From Bdellovibrionales bacterium (GTDB lineage: Bacteria > Bdellovibrionota > Bdellovibrionia > Bdellovibrionales > JAMPXM01), in the NCBI GenBank assembly GCA_043739185.1, contig JAYUEN010000120.1, positions 1 to 18,834 on the forward strand: a DNA stretch of 18,834 bases, read 5' to 3'. Both the position numbers and the translations under genes were made by a program. Of this stretch, positions 1-8,163 are shown in pieces. Each line of letters starts with the position of its first letter. Within the stretch, counting starts at the first letter, position 1. The notes beneath the pieces are model-generated. The model did no database searches, was not told the origin of the DNA, and saw only the letters and a list, made by a program, of their open reading frames with translations.

Positions 1-794
1 GCATGTCTGGCGTGTACAAAACATCCGGCAAGTCCGCCAGGGCCTGAGTTGAGGTATTTATAAGAACACCAAACGGCGAAGTCAGCACCTGAGTCATGAA
101 TATCAATATTCAAATTACCGGCTCCGTGTGCGAGATCAAAACCCACAAAGGCCTGTTTTTTATGACCTGCGCGCGTAATCTCTTTCATATTGAAGGCTTG
201 GCCAGTTAAATAATTCGCATTGCCAATCATAATGAGAGCGAGTGAGTCGCCTTCTCTTTCAATGCGTTCAATAATATCTTCAAGTCTAAGTGTGTGCTCG
301 CCTTTGCGCGGAAAGAGTTCAATCAAGGCCTCTTTGGGATCATAGCCGTGAAATTTAATTTGCGATTGCACAGCGTATTGATCACTCGGAAAGGCTCCGC
401 CTTCGACCATAATTTTGAATTTAGTTTTGCTGGGACGATAAAATGAAATCATCATCAAATGCAAATTTACGGTGAGCGTGTTCATCATGACAACTTCAAT
501 AGGTTCTGCGCCCACAAGTCTGGCTAACATATTCGTCACGAATTCGTGATAAGGTAGCCAAGGATGTCGTGCGTGAAGATGGCCTTCGACTCCAAACTTC
601 GCCCAGTCATCGAGTTCTGCATTGATATAGTCTCTGGCTTTTTTAGGCTGAAGGCCAAGCGAATGACCCGCAAAATAGAGCGCTGGCTTGCCGTCTTCTT
701 TAAGCGGAAAATGAAACTGCGTGCGAAATTTGTGCAGCGGATCTTCGGAGTCTTTGGTTTGAGCATACTTCAATGTTTTTTTAATATCGTTCAT
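1..794 (-). CDS. kynU: Kynureninase (PLP-dependent), 3' end beyond the left edge of the window
   Basis: Absent from the ORF track because there is no stop in the window. Manual translation from ATG 794, 1 nt after the ACMSD stop, gives MNDIKKTLKYAQTKDSEDPLHKFRTQFHFP...YFAGHSLGLQPK...EVVMMNTLTVNLHL...AFPSDQY...FDLAHGAGN...DFAVWCSYKYLNSGPGG. These are kynureninase motifs including the PLP-binding Lys. The frame is open to the edge. Confidence 0.96.
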   Translation of the reverse strand, partial: MNDIKKTLKYAQTKDSEDPLHKFRTQFHFPLKEDGKPALYFAGHSLGLQPKKARDYINAELDDWAKFGVEGHLHARHPWLPYHEFVTNMLARLVGAEPIEVVMMNTLTVNLHLMMISFYRPSKTKFKIMVEGGAFPSDQYAVQSQIKFHGYDPKEALIELFPRKGEHTLRLEDIIERIEREGDSLALIMIGNANYLTGQAFNMKEITRAGHKKQAFVGFDLAHGAGNLNIDIHDSGADFAVWCSYKYLNSGPGGLAGCFVHARH

Positions 795-795
795 A

Positions 796-1791
796 TCACC
801 TTCCCAACCAACGAAGAGCGTTTTGGCAGAGCAGTTTGTGTTTTAATTCATTTGAGAAAGATTGTTCTGCAATTAATTTTCCGGGTAGATCCTCTCCTAG
901 AGGAAAAGGATAGTCACTGCCAAGGGCCACAGAGTCCTCGCCAAATACGCGTAGGATCATCTTTAAGACTTCAGCATCATGCACCAAGCTATCGACCAAA
1001 AAGCGCCCCAGATATTTCGTTGGAGAATGGGCATTGTCGATTGCGACTAAATCTGGCCGCACTTGAAAGCCATGCTCAATTCGACCAAGGCTTTGAGCAA
1101 AACTTCCGCCGCCATGTGCGAAAGCAAGACGTAGTTTTGGCAGAGATTCAAGGACTCCTGAAAAAATCAATGAACAAATGGCTCGCGTTACTTCAGCAGG
1201 CATTCCGACCAGCCAAGGCAGCCAATATTTTTGCATTTGCTTTTCCCCCATCATGTCCCAGGGGTGTATAAAAATCGCAGCACCCAGTTTTTCAGCCTCT
1301 TTGAAGAAATTGAAATATTTCTTATCGCCAAGATTTTCGCCATTGATATTGGTACCAATTTGAACGCCGCTCATTTTGAGTTGTAACATAATTCTTTGTA
1401 GTTCAACTATGGCGAGATCCGGATCCTGCATCGGGACTGAGCCCAATCCAAAAAAGTTCTCGGGATGAAGCTGAGTATGTTTTGCAATATCGTCATTGAG
1501 AAAGCGACATACTTCGAGGCAATCTTTCGGCTGCGCCCAATAAGAAAACATAACCGGAACTGTTGACAATACCTGCATCGAAACCTGCGAAGATTTACAT
1601 TCTTGCATTCGCGTTTCAATGTCCCACACATTACTTTTTACTTCGCGAAAAAAATGACCATCGTCTCTTAACATTTGCGCGCAGCAATCAGAGGTGTGCT
1701 TGAGTTCAATAAAGCCACCATAGCCAAAAATTTTCTTAAAGGCAGGAATATCTCTTGGTAAAATATGAGTGTGAATATCGATTTTCTTCAT
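796..1791 (-). CDS. nbaD: 2-amino-3-carboxymuconate-6-semialdehyde decarboxylase (ACMSD, amidohydrolase 2 family)
   Basis: Motifs IDIHTH, FIHPWDM, YWLPWLVGMPAE, FAHGGGSF and LGSDYPFPLG. Start moved from 1818 to ATG 1791 (MKKIDIHTH), which overlaps the nbaC stop as ATGA. Confidence 0.93.
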   Translation of the reverse strand: MKKIDIHTHILPRDIPAFKKIFGYGGFIELKHTSDCCAQMLRDDGHFFREVKSNVWDIETRMQECKSSQVSMQVLSTVPVMFSYWAQPKDCLEVCRFLNDDIAKHTQLHPENFFGLGSVPMQDPDLAIVELQRIMLQLKMSGVQIGTNINGENLGDKKYFNFFKEAEKLGAAIFIHPWDMMGEKQMQKYWLPWLVGMPAEVTRAICSLIFSGVLESLPKLRLAFAHGGGSFAQSLGRIEHGFQVRPDLVAIDNAHSPTKYLGRFLVDSLVHDAEVLKMILRVFGEDSVALGSDYPFPLGEDLPGKLIAEQSFSNELKHKLLCQNALRWLGR

Positions 1792-2306
1792 TTTACTCTC
1801 AAGATTTTTGTTCCGCATTTCTTACAAGTGCAATTTTCAGGTGTATTATAAAAACGCTCAAAGAGCGGCGGGAATTGTTTTACAATATCGGTGAGCTGAA
1901 AAGATTCTTTATACACTTGGGTTTTACAGTTTTCGCAAAACCAGACCAAACTATCAATTTCGTTGGCATTGCGTTTTCGCTCGATAACCAGGCCAATGCT
2001 ACCCGCTGGTCGTTGCGGCGAGTGCGGAATACTTGGTGGCAATAAAAATATTTCGCCTTCTGCAATTTCAAAATCTTGAGGTTGGTCGTCTACCCAAAGT
2101 CTGAGATTGATATTGCCTTCGACTTGATAAAAAAATTCTTCGCTTTGATTAATATGATAATCATTACGTGCATTGGGCCCGCCAACTACCGTGATCATAA
2201 AATCCGTATCTTCCCAAATTTGTTGGTTGCCTACCGGCGGCTTTAAAAGATGGCGGTGTTCAGAGATCCATTTTTTGAAGTTGAGTGGTTTCATTCTGTT
2301 ATTCAT
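1788..2306 (-). CDS. nbaC: 3-hydroxyanthranilate 3,4-dioxygenase (HAAO, cupin)
   Basis: Motifs LKPPVGN, VGGPNARNDYH, EEFFYQ and PHSPQR. Two CxxC motifs (CENC, CKKC) match the rubredoxin-like site of microbial HAAO. ATGA overlap with the upstream gene. Confidence 0.96.
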   Translation of the reverse strand: MNNRMKPLNFKKWISEHRHLLKPPVGNQQIWEDTDFMITVVGGPNARNDYHINQSEEFFYQVEGNINLRLWVDDQPQDFEIAEGEIFLLPPSIPHSPQRPAGSIGLVIERKRNANEIDSLVWFCENCKTQVYKESFQLTDIVKQFPPLFERFYNTPENCTCKKCGTKILRVK

Positions 2307-2728
2307 TTAGGCTCACCAATGGTGGCGATACACTTAAGCTCGATCGCTATCGGCGTTGGCAAGCTCAATACTTCAACTGTGGTTCGACAGGGTTGATTCA
2401 CTTTGAAATACTCGGCGTAAATTTGATTGTATTTTTTGAAATCCTCTTTCATATGAGTTAAAAAAACCGTTACATCAACCAGATTCTCCCAACCTGAACC
2501 GGCATCTTCGAGAATCATTTTCACATTTTCAAAAACCGAGCGGCATTGAATTTCAATATCATGAGAAAGAATCTTGCCGGTAGCATCTAGCTGCACGCCA
2601 GGGATTTCGTTCGTTCCCGCTTTACGGGGCCCGACGCCTGACAAAAACAATAAATTTCCAACTTTTTTGGCATGAGGGTAAAGCCCAACCGGTGCCGGAG
2701 CTCGTTTTGAATGGTGACTTTCATTCAT
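2303..2728 (-). CDS. RidA/YjgF-family protein, probable 2-aminomuconate deaminase (NbaF/AmnD-like)
   Basis: RidA motifs APAPVGLYPHA, LFLSG, VDVTVFL, PCRTTVEV and IELKCIA. The specific function is inferred from operon context. Confidence 0.88.
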   Translation of the reverse strand: MNESHHSKRAPAPVGLYPHAKKVGNLLFLSGVGPRKAGTNEIPGVQLDATGKILSHDIEIQCRSVFENVKMILEDAGSGWENLVDVTVFLTHMKEDFKKYNQIYAEYFKVNQPCRTTVEVLSLPTPIAIELKCIATIGEPK

Positions 2729-2738
2729 AAAAAAATCC

Positions 2739-4181
2739 TTATATTTTCACGCAAACATTTTTTAATTCACTAAAAAAGCGCAGGGCATAGTCGCCGCCTT
2801 CGCGCCCCAAACCAGATTCTTTGACACCGCCGAAGGGCGTACGTAGGTCCCTGAGCATCCAACAATTGACCCAAACAATTCCGCTCTCAAGGGCAAGTGA
2901 GACTCTTCTCGATAGCGCTTGATCCTGAGTCCAAATACTTGCGGCCAATCCGTATCCAGTTGAATTGGCATTGGCAATGGCTTCAGCCTCAGTTTCGAAA
3001 CTCTGCAGAGTGACAATGGGTCCGAATATTTCTTCTTGATTGGTTTTCGAATTTGGCCCTAAGCCTTCGATTGCGGTGGGTTCAATAAACCATCCGTTTT
3101 GATTGCGCCCTTCTAGCTTTAAGGCATTTCCTCCGAATAGAAAGAGGCCGCCTTCTGTACGGGCCGTCTCAATACATTTAATTATTTTTTGAAAATGTTC
3201 TTGAGAAACAATCGCGCCTTGGTCAGTGTCTTCTAACAAAGGGTCTTTCTGACTTAACTTTTTGGCTTCGGTAACAAAGGCATCTCGAAATTTTTCATAG
3301 ATCGATTTCTCAATCAAAATTCGAGAGCCACAAAGGCAAATTTGCCCTTGATTCAAAAAGGCAGCCCGAACACTGGTCTTGACCGCTTCATCGAAATTAC
3401 AATCTTTAAAAATGATGTTGGGATTTTTACCGCCCATTTCAAGCGATAGTTTTTTAAAATAAGGAGCAGCCATTTTTGAAATTTCACGACCAACTCGTGT
3501 GGACCCAGTAAAGCTGATCGCTTTAATTTTTGGATTCTGCACCATCTCTGGCCCCAATTTTGGACCAAGACCATGAACGATATTAAGCACCCCAGCTGGC
3601 AAACCAACTTCTATACAAATTTTCGAAAGTAAAAAGGCGGTCATCGGAGTTATTTCACTTGGTTTTGCAATCACACAGTTTCCGGCGGCGAGTGCTGGGG
3701 CGATTTTCCAGGAAAATAAATAGAGTGGTAGATTCCAAGGGGAAATACAACTGACGATTCCGAGAGGAGAGCTCTCAGTAAAATTTATGGAGGTATTTTC
3801 GTTGTGAAAAACTTCCGACTTGAGATTTAAAATTTGGTCCGCAAAAAAAGAAAAATTTTGCGCACTTCGCGGAATGTCGAGCGTGCGTGCGAGCGCAATG
3901 GGTTTTCCGCTATCAATGCTTTCTGCGCGTGCCAGAGCCTCAAGATCTCTCAAAATACATTTTGAAATTTGACTCAGAAAATGGCTGCGGTTTTCAAAGC
4001 TGGTTTCAGACCAAGCTTTAATTGCACTTTCAGCAGAAGCGATGGCCTTTAATATATCACGTTCGTCACTATCAGGAATTTGCGAATAAACTAGCCCCGT
4101 CGCAGGTTCGAAATTATCTAAAAATTTCATTGAGGTCGCATTCACCAGCTCGCCACCTATATAATTCTTCAAATTTTCCAT
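2739..4181 (-). CDS. Aldehyde dehydrogenase, probable 2-aminomuconate-6-semialdehyde dehydrogenase (ALDH8A1/NbaE/AmnC-like)
   Basis: Motifs SPWNLPL, KPSE, FTGST, LEMGGKNP, catalytic Cys in GQICLCGSR, EEIFGP and WVNCWMLRDLRTPFGG. Operon context supports the substrate call. Confidence 0.9.
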   Translation of the reverse strand: MENLKNYIGGELVNATSMKFLDNFEPATGLVYSQIPDSDERDILKAIASAESAIKAWSETSFENRSHFLSQISKCILRDLEALARAESIDSGKPIALARTLDIPRSAQNFSFFADQILNLKSEVFHNENTSINFTESSPLGIVSCISPWNLPLYLFSWKIAPALAAGNCVIAKPSEITPMTAFLLSKICIEVGLPAGVLNIVHGLGPKLGPEMVQNPKIKAISFTGSTRVGREISKMAAPYFKKLSLEMGGKNPNIIFKDCNFDEAVKTSVRAAFLNQGQICLCGSRILIEKSIYEKFRDAFVTEAKKLSQKDPLLEDTDQGAIVSQEHFQKIIKCIETARTEGGLFLFGGNALKLEGRNQNGWFIEPTAIEGLGPNSKTNQEEIFGPIVTLQSFETEAEAIANANSTGYGLAASIWTQDQALSRRVSLALESGIVWVNCWMLRDLRTPFGGVKESGLGREGGDYALRFFSELKNVCVKI

Positions 4182-4822
4182 AAGTCCTCAATATGACCTT
4201 CAATAAGTACGGCGCGCACGGGACTCGCGTCCGCATCTTTTATTTTGAGTGGCAGCGCCGATAAAATATATTGGCCTTCGGGAATTTGATCTAGGACGAT
4301 GCCTTCTAAAATGGCCATATCATTTTCGAAGATTGCATTATGGGATTCTAATATCTTATCGTCTGCCGGATCAATTGATGGCGTATCAATCCCTACTAAG
4401 ATCACGCCACTTTCGGCTAAGTATCGAATGAGTTCAGCTGAAAGGGCCGCAAAATTTCCGTTCCATTTATTGGGATTCGGAAAACTTTTAGTTTTAAAAA
4501 GAATGCGTTTTGAATGAAGTAGTTTGTCCTGAATGTCCGAAATTTGAATTCGAGAGTTTGATTTGCCAAGCACCTCAATAACTTGGCAAGCACCTAAATA
4601 AATTTCAATTGCGCGGGCCTCGATTCCGAGGCCAGACGGATGATAGTGATTCGGGGCATCGGTATGCGCACCTAAATGAACGCTCGTATGAATTGAAGAA
4701 AGGGTGAGGTGATCACTCTTACTAAAATCCATAGATACTTTGCGCTCGAATTTTTGATCACCAGGAAATACTGCAATTTCTTCAGAGATTAGTGGTGAAA
4801 TATCGTGAATTTTGACTGGCAT
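4169..4822 (-). CDS. kynB: Kynurenine formamidase / arylformamidase (metal-dependent cyclase family)
   Basis: HLGAHTDAPNH (HxGxHxDxPxH), VGIDTPSID, ILEG and DASPVRAVL. First gene of the operon, with a 13-nt overlap into the ALDH gene. Confidence 0.9.
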   Translation of the reverse strand: MPVKIHDISPLISEEIAVFPGDQKFERKVSMDFSKSDHLTLSSIHTSVHLGAHTDAPNHYHPSGLGIEARAIEIYLGACQVIEVLGKSNSRIQISDIQDKLLHSKRILFKTKSFPNPNKWNGNFAALSAELIRYLAESGVILVGIDTPSIDPADDKILESHNAIFENDMAILEGIVLDQIPEGQYILSALPLKIKDADASPVRAVLIEGHIEDLWKI

Positions 4823-4828
4823 GCCAGG

Positions 4829-4857
4829 AGTTTCGCCTTAGCTCTCATGAGAATCAA
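4829..4857 (-). promoter_or_regulatory. Possible sigma70-type promoter of the kynurenine operon, apparently leaderless
   Basis: Minus strand reads TTGATT-N17-GAAACT-N6-ATG(kynB). No Shine-Dalgarno sequence precedes the ATG. Confidence 0.3.
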
Positions 4858-5052
4858 GTGCGATTTAGAAGTTACCAAGGGCTTATACTTCTGACCAAAG
4901 AAGATGCAAATGAAAGGCTCTGCTACATACGCATAAGTATCTAAATTAACATGGTTTTGTTGATTTTCAGCGATGCCGTGTTGAGTTGTTATTCGCAATG
5001 TCTCAAAAGCTGCCTGTGGCCGGGTGTCTTGATTGTTTAGGAGAGAGTTTCG

Positions 5053-5068
5053 AGGACTTGGCTTTGCA
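5053..5068 (+). promoter_or_regulatory. Possible sigma54 -24/-12 promoter (weak -24) for the RCC1 lipoprotein gene
   Basis: AGGACTTGGCTTTGCA has GG-N10-GC spacing with TTGCA at -12. It is followed by a GGGGGA ribosome-binding site and ATG 5097. Confidence 0.35.
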
Positions 5069-5096
5069 AAGTTAAGACGTAGCAACGGGGGAATAT

Positions 5097-6902
5097 ATGC
5101 TTAATAAATTAAGTGCGCTTCGAATTGAGACGACACTTCTTATCGCGTTATTAACTTCGTTGTCACTTGGGTGCAGCGAGGGATTCAAAACAGTATCGGA
5201 TCAATCAAAAAACTCTTCTTCGATTTTAAGTTCAAATCCAGCAACACCCACACCTAAACCTTCAGCTTCCCCAACTCCCACCCCATCGCCAACACCAATC
5301 CTGGATCCAACTCCGACTCCGACTCCAACACCAACTCCAACACCAACTCCGACTCCAACACCAACTCCAACACCAACTCCAACTCCGACTCCGACTCCAA
5401 ATGTCTGCTCTCCAAATATGACGGTGGAGTGTACGCAAAATAATGGAATCGGTACTCTCACTTGCAATGCGACCGGCACGGGATATACAAGCCAAATATG
5501 CCAACTCACTTCATGTCTGAAGTCATTTTATTTTCAAAATGGAGTTTGTATCAGCGATACCACTCCACCTTTGCAACCTACATTGACCGCATCACAGCCA
5601 GTGATAACAGATTCAATGACTATACGTTTTGATTTTTCATCTACTGATAATGCCGCCGGAATAGCAAGATACGAATGTTATCTCAATGGTACTGCAATTC
5701 TGAATTGCACTTCTCCACAAATTCTTACTACTGGATTGGGAGTTCAAAACTTCGTGGTTGCGGCCTTTGACAAAGCCCAAAACGCATCGCTCACCAATGC
5801 TTCTTATAGTTGGGAAGTAGTTCCCCAGGCAGCTCCACTTGCAAAAGGTCCGCTCAGTATTGCCTATGAGGAGCCATGTGCCATTCAGAATGGCTTTGCT
5901 CAATGTTGGGGTTGGGGAATCACCGGCAATGCCTATTCGACAACACCAACTGCGGTGCCAGGACTATCGGCTTCGACCACAACTTCTGTCGCGTTTGGTT
6001 TCGGAGAAGATTGTGCAGTTATGAATGGTGGAGCTTACTGTTGGGGTTATAACGGAGAAGGCGAATTGGGTGATGGGACGACAATAACTCGAAGTATTCC
6101 AACACCTGTATTGGGCTTGAGTTCGGGAGTTACCGCGATCACCACCGGAATAATGGGCGCATGTGCAATTAAATCAGGAGCGGTTTATTGTTGGGGCCTT
6201 GCTCGCGATACCGGTACGGGTTCAGCAAGCAACGTTCTGATTCCAACTATCGTTACGGGTTTAGAACAAGATGTTGACCAAGTTATTACCCAAAGAGAAT
6301 TGACCTGTGCTCTACGCAAAGGGACTGTTTGGTGTTGGGGAGCCTATTGGGCCGGTTTAGTTACAAATGGAGTCATGAGCTACAGTGAAGGTGCAATTCC
6401 GCTTGCAATGCGCATTCCCGGGATGCTTGGGGTTAAGCAGATTGCGGTGACAGCAAATGGTGTCTGCGGGCTCATTGGCGCAGGAGTTTTTTGCTGGGGA
6501 AGTAATGCAGAAGGGCTGCTTTCTCCGAATATGGATCGAGGCATGCTCGCATTTGGAAATAGCATCGCGATTCCTTCGCTTGTCGATGGTATTACCGCAA
6601 TTTCAGCTGGTGAAGGAAGTGTATGTGTTGTGAGAAACGGGGCAGTGTTTTGCTGGGGCGTTTTACTTGATGGCAACAATGGTCCAGGCAGTGGAACTGA
6701 AGTTATTGCTTATGCTCCACGTATTGTCCCCGAACTAGAGAGTGGTGCAACCGCGATCGCTGTCGGATATGCAAATGCCTGCGCGGTACGAAACGCTGGC
6801 GTTGTATGTTGGGGTAGAAATAATCTGGGGCAACTGGGCAATGGCACAATGACGAATAGCTCAACCCCAGTTCGAGTAACAGGCTTGAGCTCTGGCTTTT
6901 AG
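5097..6902 (+). CDS. Lipoprotein with Pro-Thr stalk, six-Cys module, Ig-like segment and C-terminal RCC1/BLIP-II-type 7-bladed beta-propeller
   Basis: Hydrophobic signal with lipobox-like LSLG-C, a (PT)15 tract, a C6 module and a DTTPP-started beta-rich segment. Seven CA/CG/CV...xCWG repeats follow (QCWG, YCWG, YCWG, WCWG, FCWG, FCWG, VCWG), with GELGDG and GQLGNG signatures. Confidence 0.88.
   Translation: MLNKLSALRIETTLLIALLTSLSLGCSEGFKTVSDQSKNSSSILSSNPATPTPKPSASPTPTPSPTPILDPTPTPTPTPTPTPTPTPTPTPTPTPTPTPTPNVCSPNMTVECTQNNGIGTLTCNATGTGYTSQICQLTSCLKSFYFQNGVCISDTTPPLQPTLTASQPVITDSMTIRFDFSSTDNAAGIARYECYLNGTAILNCTSPQILTTGLGVQNFVVAAFDKAQNASLTNASYSWEVVPQAAPLAKGPLSIAYEEPCAIQNGFAQCWGWGITGNAYSTTPTAVPGLSASTTTSVAFGFGEDCAVMNGGAYCWGYNGEGELGDGTTITRSIPTPVLGLSSGVTAITTGIMGACAIKSGAVYCWGLARDTGTGSASNVLIPTIVTGLEQDVDQVITQRELTCALRKGTVWCWGAYWAGLVTNGVMSYSEGAIPLAMRIPGMLGVKQIAVTANGVCGLIGAGVFCWGSNAEGLLSPNMDRGMLAFGNSIAIPSLVDGITAISAGEGSVCVVRNGAVFCWGVLLDGNNGPGSGTEVIAYAPRIVPELESGATAIAVGYANACAVRNAGVVCWGRNNLGQLGNGTMTNSSTPVRVTGLSSGF
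5307..5399 (+). repeat. Coding hexamer tandem repeat (CCRACW)x15 encoding a Pro-Thr linker
   Basis: Units are ccaact, ccgact and ccaaca. The tract contains an exact 30-bp duplication (5319-5348 = 5349-5378). Confidence 0.95.
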
Positions 6903-7123
6903 TGAGCTTTCATCATAGTTTTAATTTCAACCAAAAAGCACGGAATCTTAAGAGAGTGACTAAGTAGTTTCACATGATAAAAACTCTTAAAATACGCTCA
7001 TAGTTAAATTATATTTTTTATTTGATCTTTTGCGAGTCGAGAAGTTAAATTCACCTGACAAAGACAGACCTTGGTCGAAGCTTCACTCATTCGTTATCTA
7101 GAAAGTATGGGCCCAATTATTAG

Positions 7124-7963
7124 CTATTTCGAAAATAGGTCGAGACAAGAGGTGGCCTGACCGGTTTTGAAAAGCTCAGGAATGCCATTGCGATTATTTA
7201 AAAAGGCCTGAATTCTCGGGATGATTGTGCTCGCAAAGTCTGCGGATAGTTTACCAAATGAATTAAAAAGGTCGCCTGCGACAACCATTCCCTCAGCCTT
7301 GTCTGAATTCTTCCAATTGTATTTTTCAAAGAGAGTTATGGCTTTCTCTAATTCAGGTCTGAGGACATCAGGGTCGGAGGTAAAAGATTCGATTGCATCG
7401 GGGTTGATGATGATAAACTCATGAAAGGTCCAATCTCGCAAATGAAAGATCACGTCCACACCTTCGAGATTCAAATTAGTAACCGGCGTCCCGCCATCTT
7501 GAGAGTCGATCATTAAGATTCTCAAGTTTTTCTTCATAGTAAAACGAATCACGGCATCATCTTTTTCAGGTTCATACATCTCATTTGCGCTCACACCCAT
7601 TCCGCCAATTGGATTGATCCAATTGAAAATGCCCTTAATGCCACTGAGTTGCGGAAAGGATCTTGCGACCATCGTATTGGGATCAACTATCTTCTCGAAC
7701 GGAAATTTCGGCCCTGTTGCGGCTTTCGTTAGACGTTCAAGGCTGTCAATTGATGTCCAATGAAAGAGTTCGGGAATGTCAGCCACAACAATTTGCATTT
7801 TGATCTTCGATGGTAAGTCATTCGGTACAACAAAAGGAGCAGCACCTGAAATCGAAGAGAAACAGAAGCTCATACTGAATGTTGCCCAAATTTGGCAAAC
7901 AGAAATGACGAATTTAAACAGAACGGCGTCGAAAGCGAATGTCCTGACGAATATATTTTTCAT
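7124..7963 (-). CDS. Exported hypothetical protein with ADP-ribosyltransferase (HYE-clade)-like motifs; start uncertain
   Basis: 279-aa ORF with a hydrophobic N-terminus ending ...SSISGA|A. Ordered motifs are LFHWT (H68), KGIFNW (F113), Y130 and GVDVIF...FHEFIIINPDAIES (E182). The CDS is likely real, while the ART function is inference. Confidence 0.6.
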   Translation of the reverse strand: MKNIFVRTFAFDAVLFKFVISVCQIWATFSMSFCFSSISGAAPFVVPNDLPSKIKMQIVVADIPELFHWTSIDSLERLTKAATGPKFPFEKIVDPNTMVARSFPQLSGIKGIFNWINPIGGMGVSANEMYEPEKDDAVIRFTMKKNLRILMIDSQDGGTPVTNLNLEGVDVIFHLRDWTFHEFIIINPDAIESFTSDPDVLRPELEKAITLFEKYNWKNSDKAEGMVVAGDLFNSFGKLSADFASTIIPRIQAFLNNRNGIPELFKTGQATSCLDLFSK

Positions 7964-7975
7964 AAGATATTTGAC

Positions 7976-7992
7976 TGCAAATCTTTGGCCAG
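7976..7992 (-). promoter_or_regulatory. Putative sigma54 -24/-12 promoter for the 7124-7963 gene
   Basis: Minus strand CTGGCCAAAGATTTGCA compared with consensus TGGCAC-N5-TTGCA. GG-N10-GC spacing is exact. Confidence 0.6.
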
Positions 7993-8113
7993 AGGATTTG
8001 TAGGTGACCGCTGCTGCTGCCGATAAAAGTTTAGTGTTAAGTTCTTAGACAGTGCTGTGACTATCGATTGGTCACCAAATCAAATAAAACAAAGTCCAAG
8101 CACTCTAAACTTT

Positions 8114-8129
8114 GGGCGCAATTATTGCT
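8114..8129 (+). promoter_or_regulatory. Putative sigma54 -24/-12 promoter for the 8164-9369 gene
   Basis: GGGCGCAATTATTGCT has exact GG-N10-GC spacing. A GGAG ribosome-binding site and GTG start lie downstream. Confidence 0.55.
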
Positions 8130-8163
8130 GAGTATTCCATTATAAAAATCAAACGGAGAAGTT

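Noticed and set aside
536..2071. ORFs 564-1271(+), 536-766(-), 1178-1363(+), 1407-1631(-), 1755-2045(+) and 1880-2071(-)
   Set aside because: They are antisense or alternate-frame shadows of kynU, ACMSD and nbaC, with no recognisable motifs.
4789..5085. 98-aa minus-strand ORF upstream of kynB as a possible leader or attenuator peptide
   Set aside because: It has no Trp codons, no evident RBS and no family features, and it spans the divergent promoter region.
5307..5399. Repeat tract as a CRISPR array
   Set aside because: It is a contiguous in-frame hexamer repeat with no spacers, and there are no cas genes.
5201..5509. Gly-Val and Trp-Ser/Cys repeat ORFs on the minus strand
   Set aside because: They are antisense readings of the Pro-Thr hexamer repeat.
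6903..7123. AT-rich 220-bp gap between convergent genes with a TTAAGAG/CTCTTAA inverted repeat, as an sRNA or mobile-element end
   Set aside because: The repeat is short and AT-rich, and no convincing promoter, terminator, target duplication or ORF was seen.
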